Shown here in pieces: positions 42,693 through 45,382 of a stretch of DNA of 45,382 nucleotides (within the stretch, counting starts at the first letter, position 1; every line of letters begins with the position of its first letter). The notes under the pieces were generated by a model that saw nothing but the letters and a program-made list of their open reading frames with translations, did no database searches and was not told the origin of the DNA. This DNA comes from Clostridium sp. Lineage in GTDB: Bacteria > Bacillota > Clostridia > Clostridiales > Clostridiaceae. The translations under genes were made by a program, and so were the position numbers. The stretch covers positions 1-45,382 of the forward strand of contig NZ_JAWGSV010000001.1 of NCBI RefSeq assembly GCF_032552055.1, written 5' to 3'.

Positions 42693-43340
42693 ATGTCTAA
42701 TACAATTGAATTTATAACTAAAGAGAGAGAAACTGTTGGTAAAACTTATACAGATGTAACTTATGCTATAAGTGAAGTTTCACCCTTTCTTGATGATAGT
42801 ATATTAAAGAAAAGAAAGTATTATTCTAAGTTGCCTATCTTAACAAAATATATAGAATTGCTTAATGATGCTGAATATAAAGATAAAAATAAAAAGTTTA
42901 GTCTTTTTAGAAAGGACGATACAGTATCTCAGTTAACAAAATATAAGCAGGATAATTTAGAAGCTTTTAACCAATTAACTGATTGTTCTAAATGTACTTG
43001 CCTAAATTGTATAAAAGAATGTAGTTTTAGAAGTTGTAGTGGTTGTAGATCGAACTCCTTTATAAAGAGTTGTGATAAATCTAAAATCAATGTTAGACTT
43101 CATAAAGACTTTATTTTAAGCTTAACTAACAATGATACTGGAAGATCTAGTAGATATAAAGTATTAGCTACAATTGAAAACTGTGAATTAGATAGACTAT
43201 ATATAGCTCTTGAAAACTTATTGGATTCAAATGATAAGCTAATACTGTATTACTATCCTGGAATCTCATCTGATGACTTCGGTGAAATCACTGATGAAGA
43301 TGAATTCAACTTAGTTGTTGAAGCATATGAACAAGCATAA
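42693..43340 (+). CDS. Cys-rich protein with DUF1292-like C-terminus
   Basis: Eight Cys in 30 aa; C-terminal GEITDEDEFNLVVEAY. Confidence 0.7.
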   Translation: MSNTIEFITKERETVGKTYTDVTYAISEVSPFLDDSILKKRKYYSKLPILTKYIELLNDAEYKDKNKKFSLFRKDDTVSQLTKYKQDNLEAFNQLTDCSKCTCLNCIKECSFRSCSGCRSNSFIKSCDKSKINVRLHKDFILSLTNNDTGRSSRYKVLATIENCELDRLYIALENLLDSNDKLILYYYPGISSDDFGEITDEDEFNLVVEAYEQA

Positions 43341-43370
43341 AAAGGACAGCCTCTTTAAGGCTGTCCTTTT
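43339..43370. terminator. Bidirectional terminator
   Basis: AAAAGGACAGCCT-CTTTA-AGGCTGTCCTTTT. Confidence 0.88.
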
Positions 43371-43428
43371 CAATTAACAGTTATCAATTAATAATTAACA
43401 ATTTAGGATGCAATTCCTTCAGAATTAC
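43371..43428 (+). repeat. Family B copy 3
   Basis: CAATTAACAGTTATCAATTAATAATTAACAATTTAGGATGCAATTCCTTCAGAATTAC. Confidence 0.85.
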
Positions 43429-43515
43429 TTAAATAAAAAGCTCTATTTTAACCCAACGTTGATATTGAGCTAAATAAAGTTGACATTCATCCGATATCCC
43501 CTTGTTAATTATATC

Positions 43516-43902
43516 TTATTCAATAAACTGATAAAATTTATCTAGGTCAATACTACCACTTGTTATTTGGTAAGTCCTATCTTCAATTCCTATATATTTA
43601 TTGTCAAACAAGCTTACTTTAGTACCATTCTTATTAGTAATATCAACTTTGTTTGAATATTCAGTAGGAATATCCTTATCATACACTCTTAAAGTATATC
43701 TTGAAAGTTTTGGAATAAAATCATCTATTAAGTACTGCTGTTTACTTTCAGCATCAATAGTCTTATCCTTGATTTCAATTGAAATATAATTACTTTGGAC
43801 TAAATCCAAAACATCGGATGCAGCAATATCTTTTTTATCACATCCTATTAAGAGTAAAGTACAAAGTAATATGCTAATGGATAACTTAACTCTATTTTTC
43901 AC
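43516..43902 (-). CDS. Small lipoprotein
   Basis: LIGC lipobox, GTG start after GGGGAGG. Confidence 0.8.
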   Translation of the reverse strand: MKNRVKLSISILLCTLLLIGCDKKDIAASDVLDLVQSNYISIEIKDKTIDAESKQQYLIDDFIPKLSRYTLRVYDKDIPTEYSNKVDITNKNGTKVSLFDNKYIGIEDRTYQITSGSIDLDKFYQFIE

Positions 43903-44002
43903 AAATCCTCCCCCTATTCTCTCTTTGTATGTAATATATTACACAAGCTGATTTTTAAAGTATAGTATTCTAAATCAACACTTATTTAAACCAAAGCTAA
44001 AT

Positions 44003-44174
44003 AAAAAACTCAGCTGGCTGAGTTTTATCCTTTATTAATTTGATTCTTCCAATAGTATTTACTCTTATTCCTTTATATCGCAATTGAACTCTCACTATAT
44101 ATTGTGCGTAGGGCGACTTGGAGCTAGCAAGGTCGCCAGAGCATAATATATAGTGAGAGTTCTTTTGTATAACT
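44003..44174 (+). repeat. Composite repeat (C + D hairpins), third copy
   Basis: AAAACTCAGC-TG-GCTGAGTTTT, 77-bp hairpin 44086-44162, then GTATAACT. Confidence 0.85.
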
Positions 44175-44937
44175 ATCTTGTAAATACTAGTTCTTTTTCT
44201 GTAGACATTTCTGGATTAAATGCATAGTTATCAACATCAAACTTTTTAAGTTCTTCAATATCTTCTATTTCATTTTGTATTATATATCTACTCATCATTC
44301 CTCTAGCTTTTTTGGCATTAAAGGCTATTATCTTATATTCATCTCCTCTAAGCTCTTTAAAAACTGGAGTTATAATATTAATATTAGGATTGTTTTCTAT
44401 ATTCTCTACTGACTTAAAGTACTCATATGAAGCTAAATTAATAATAGTCTTATTCTTATGATTTTTTAAATCATTTACTAAACATTCTACTAATTCATTT
44501 TTCCAAAATCCATATAAATCTTTTGAATCATTTACTTTAAGTTTAGTTCCCATTTCTAATCTATATTCTTTTATTCCATCAAAAGGTCTTAAAACCCCGT
44601 AAAGACCAGATAATATTCTTAAATGATCATTTGAATAAAACAGATTTGAATCACTAAAGCTTCCGACATCCATTCCCATATAAACATCGCCTTTAAAGGC
44701 TAATAATGCTTGTTTAGCAGTATCTAAAGATGGCGTCCATTTCCCAAATCTTTCTTCATTTAATGTAGCTAACTTTGTACTTATTTTCATAAGTTTTTCT
44801 AATTCATAGCTACTATAGTTTTTTATTTCATTAATTATTTCCTGCGATCTTTCTAAAAACCTAGGTTCACTCATAGGTAAATTACTATTCTTTTCTTTAA
44901 AGTCTAAAGTTTTTGCAGGAGAAACAACAATTATCAT
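44173..44937 (-). CDS. yaaA: Peroxide stress protein YaaA
   Basis: SPAKTLD, FKGDVY, LSGLYGVLRP, YRLEMG, AKKARG. Confidence 0.95.
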   Translation of the reverse strand: MIIVVSPAKTLDFKEKNSNLPMSEPRFLERSQEIINEIKNYSSYELEKLMKISTKLATLNEERFGKWTPSLDTAKQALLAFKGDVYMGMDVGSFSDSNLFYSNDHLRILSGLYGVLRPFDGIKEYRLEMGTKLKVNDSKDLYGFWKNELVECLVNDLKNHKNKTIINLASYEYFKSVENIENNPNINIITPVFKELRGDEYKIIAFNAKKARGMMSRYIIQNEIEDIEELKKFDVDNYAFNPEMSTEKELVFTR

Positions 44938-44961
44938 AATTAATCTCCTTTTGTTCTTACA

Positions 44962-45372
44962 TTATTTTTTCTTATTCATTTCATTGTAGCAATAATTTAT
45001 TATATCACTTCTTTTTATTATTCCAATAAATATTCCCTCATCATCTACTACAGGAACAAAATTTTGGCTTGTTGCAAGTGAAATAAGACTTTCTACATTT
45101 GAATTAATTGAAACGCTTTTATGTTTTCTTTTCATTGGTATATCTATTATTCTAACATTTTCTGTATTCTTAAAATTTAAATCTGGAGTATTCTTAAGCT
45201 TCCAAAGTAAATCTCCCTCAGTTAATGTCCCAACATACTTTCCATCCTTATCAATTAAAGGAATTGCTGTATATCCGTGATGTTCCATTCTTTCAATAAC
45301 TTGTCTCATGGTTGCATCTAAATATTCATATATAACCTCATTTTTAGGTGTCAAAAAAAATGCTATATTCAT
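44962..45372 (-). CDS. CBS domain protein (YkuL/CbpB-like)
   Basis: Tandem CBS motifs YTAIPLID...GTLTEGD and FVPVVDD...GII. Confidence 0.88.
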   Translation of the reverse strand: MNIAFFLTPKNEVIYEYLDATMRQVIERMEHHGYTAIPLIDKDGKYVGTLTEGDLLWKLKNTPDLNFKNTENVRIIDIPMKRKHKSVSINSNVESLISLATSQNFVPVVDDEGIFIGIIKRSDIINYCYNEMNKKK

Positions 45373-45382
45373 ATTTCATCAT

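Overview
Low-GC Clostridium (cluster I-like) chromosomal window. Most of it is conserved housekeeping on the minus strand: yaaA, rpsA-like, pyk, pepD, maf-radC-mreBCD-pbp2-minCDE-rodA, spoIVFA-like/spoIVFB, a TIGR03960/TIGR03936 radical SAM pair, rng, rplU-prp-rpmA, obgE-yhbY-nadD-yqeK-LCP-rluA, a D,D-carboxypeptidase, comEA and rlmD. Best candidate for an undescribed system: a ~4.9 kb accessory block between rodA and the spoIVF-like genes (19143-24026), bounded by ~150 bp imperfect inverted repeats. It carries a GH1 6-phospho-beta-glucosidase whose acid/base Glu is Gln (WIVCNQVN, the substitution typical of plant myrosinases), a ROK kinase, a YczE/YitT-like membrane protein, a degenerate HIT protein and an unannotated 55-aa ORF. 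Also notable: a Ser-rich membrane protein/PspA/Cys-rich DUF1292-like operon, four intergenic repeat families (one with copy-specific, self-complementary outer stems), and a repeat-rich region downstream of rlmD. No rRNA, tRNA, CRISPR array or complete transposase/integrase was recognised. All family assignments were made by eye from motifs and gene order, not from database searches.
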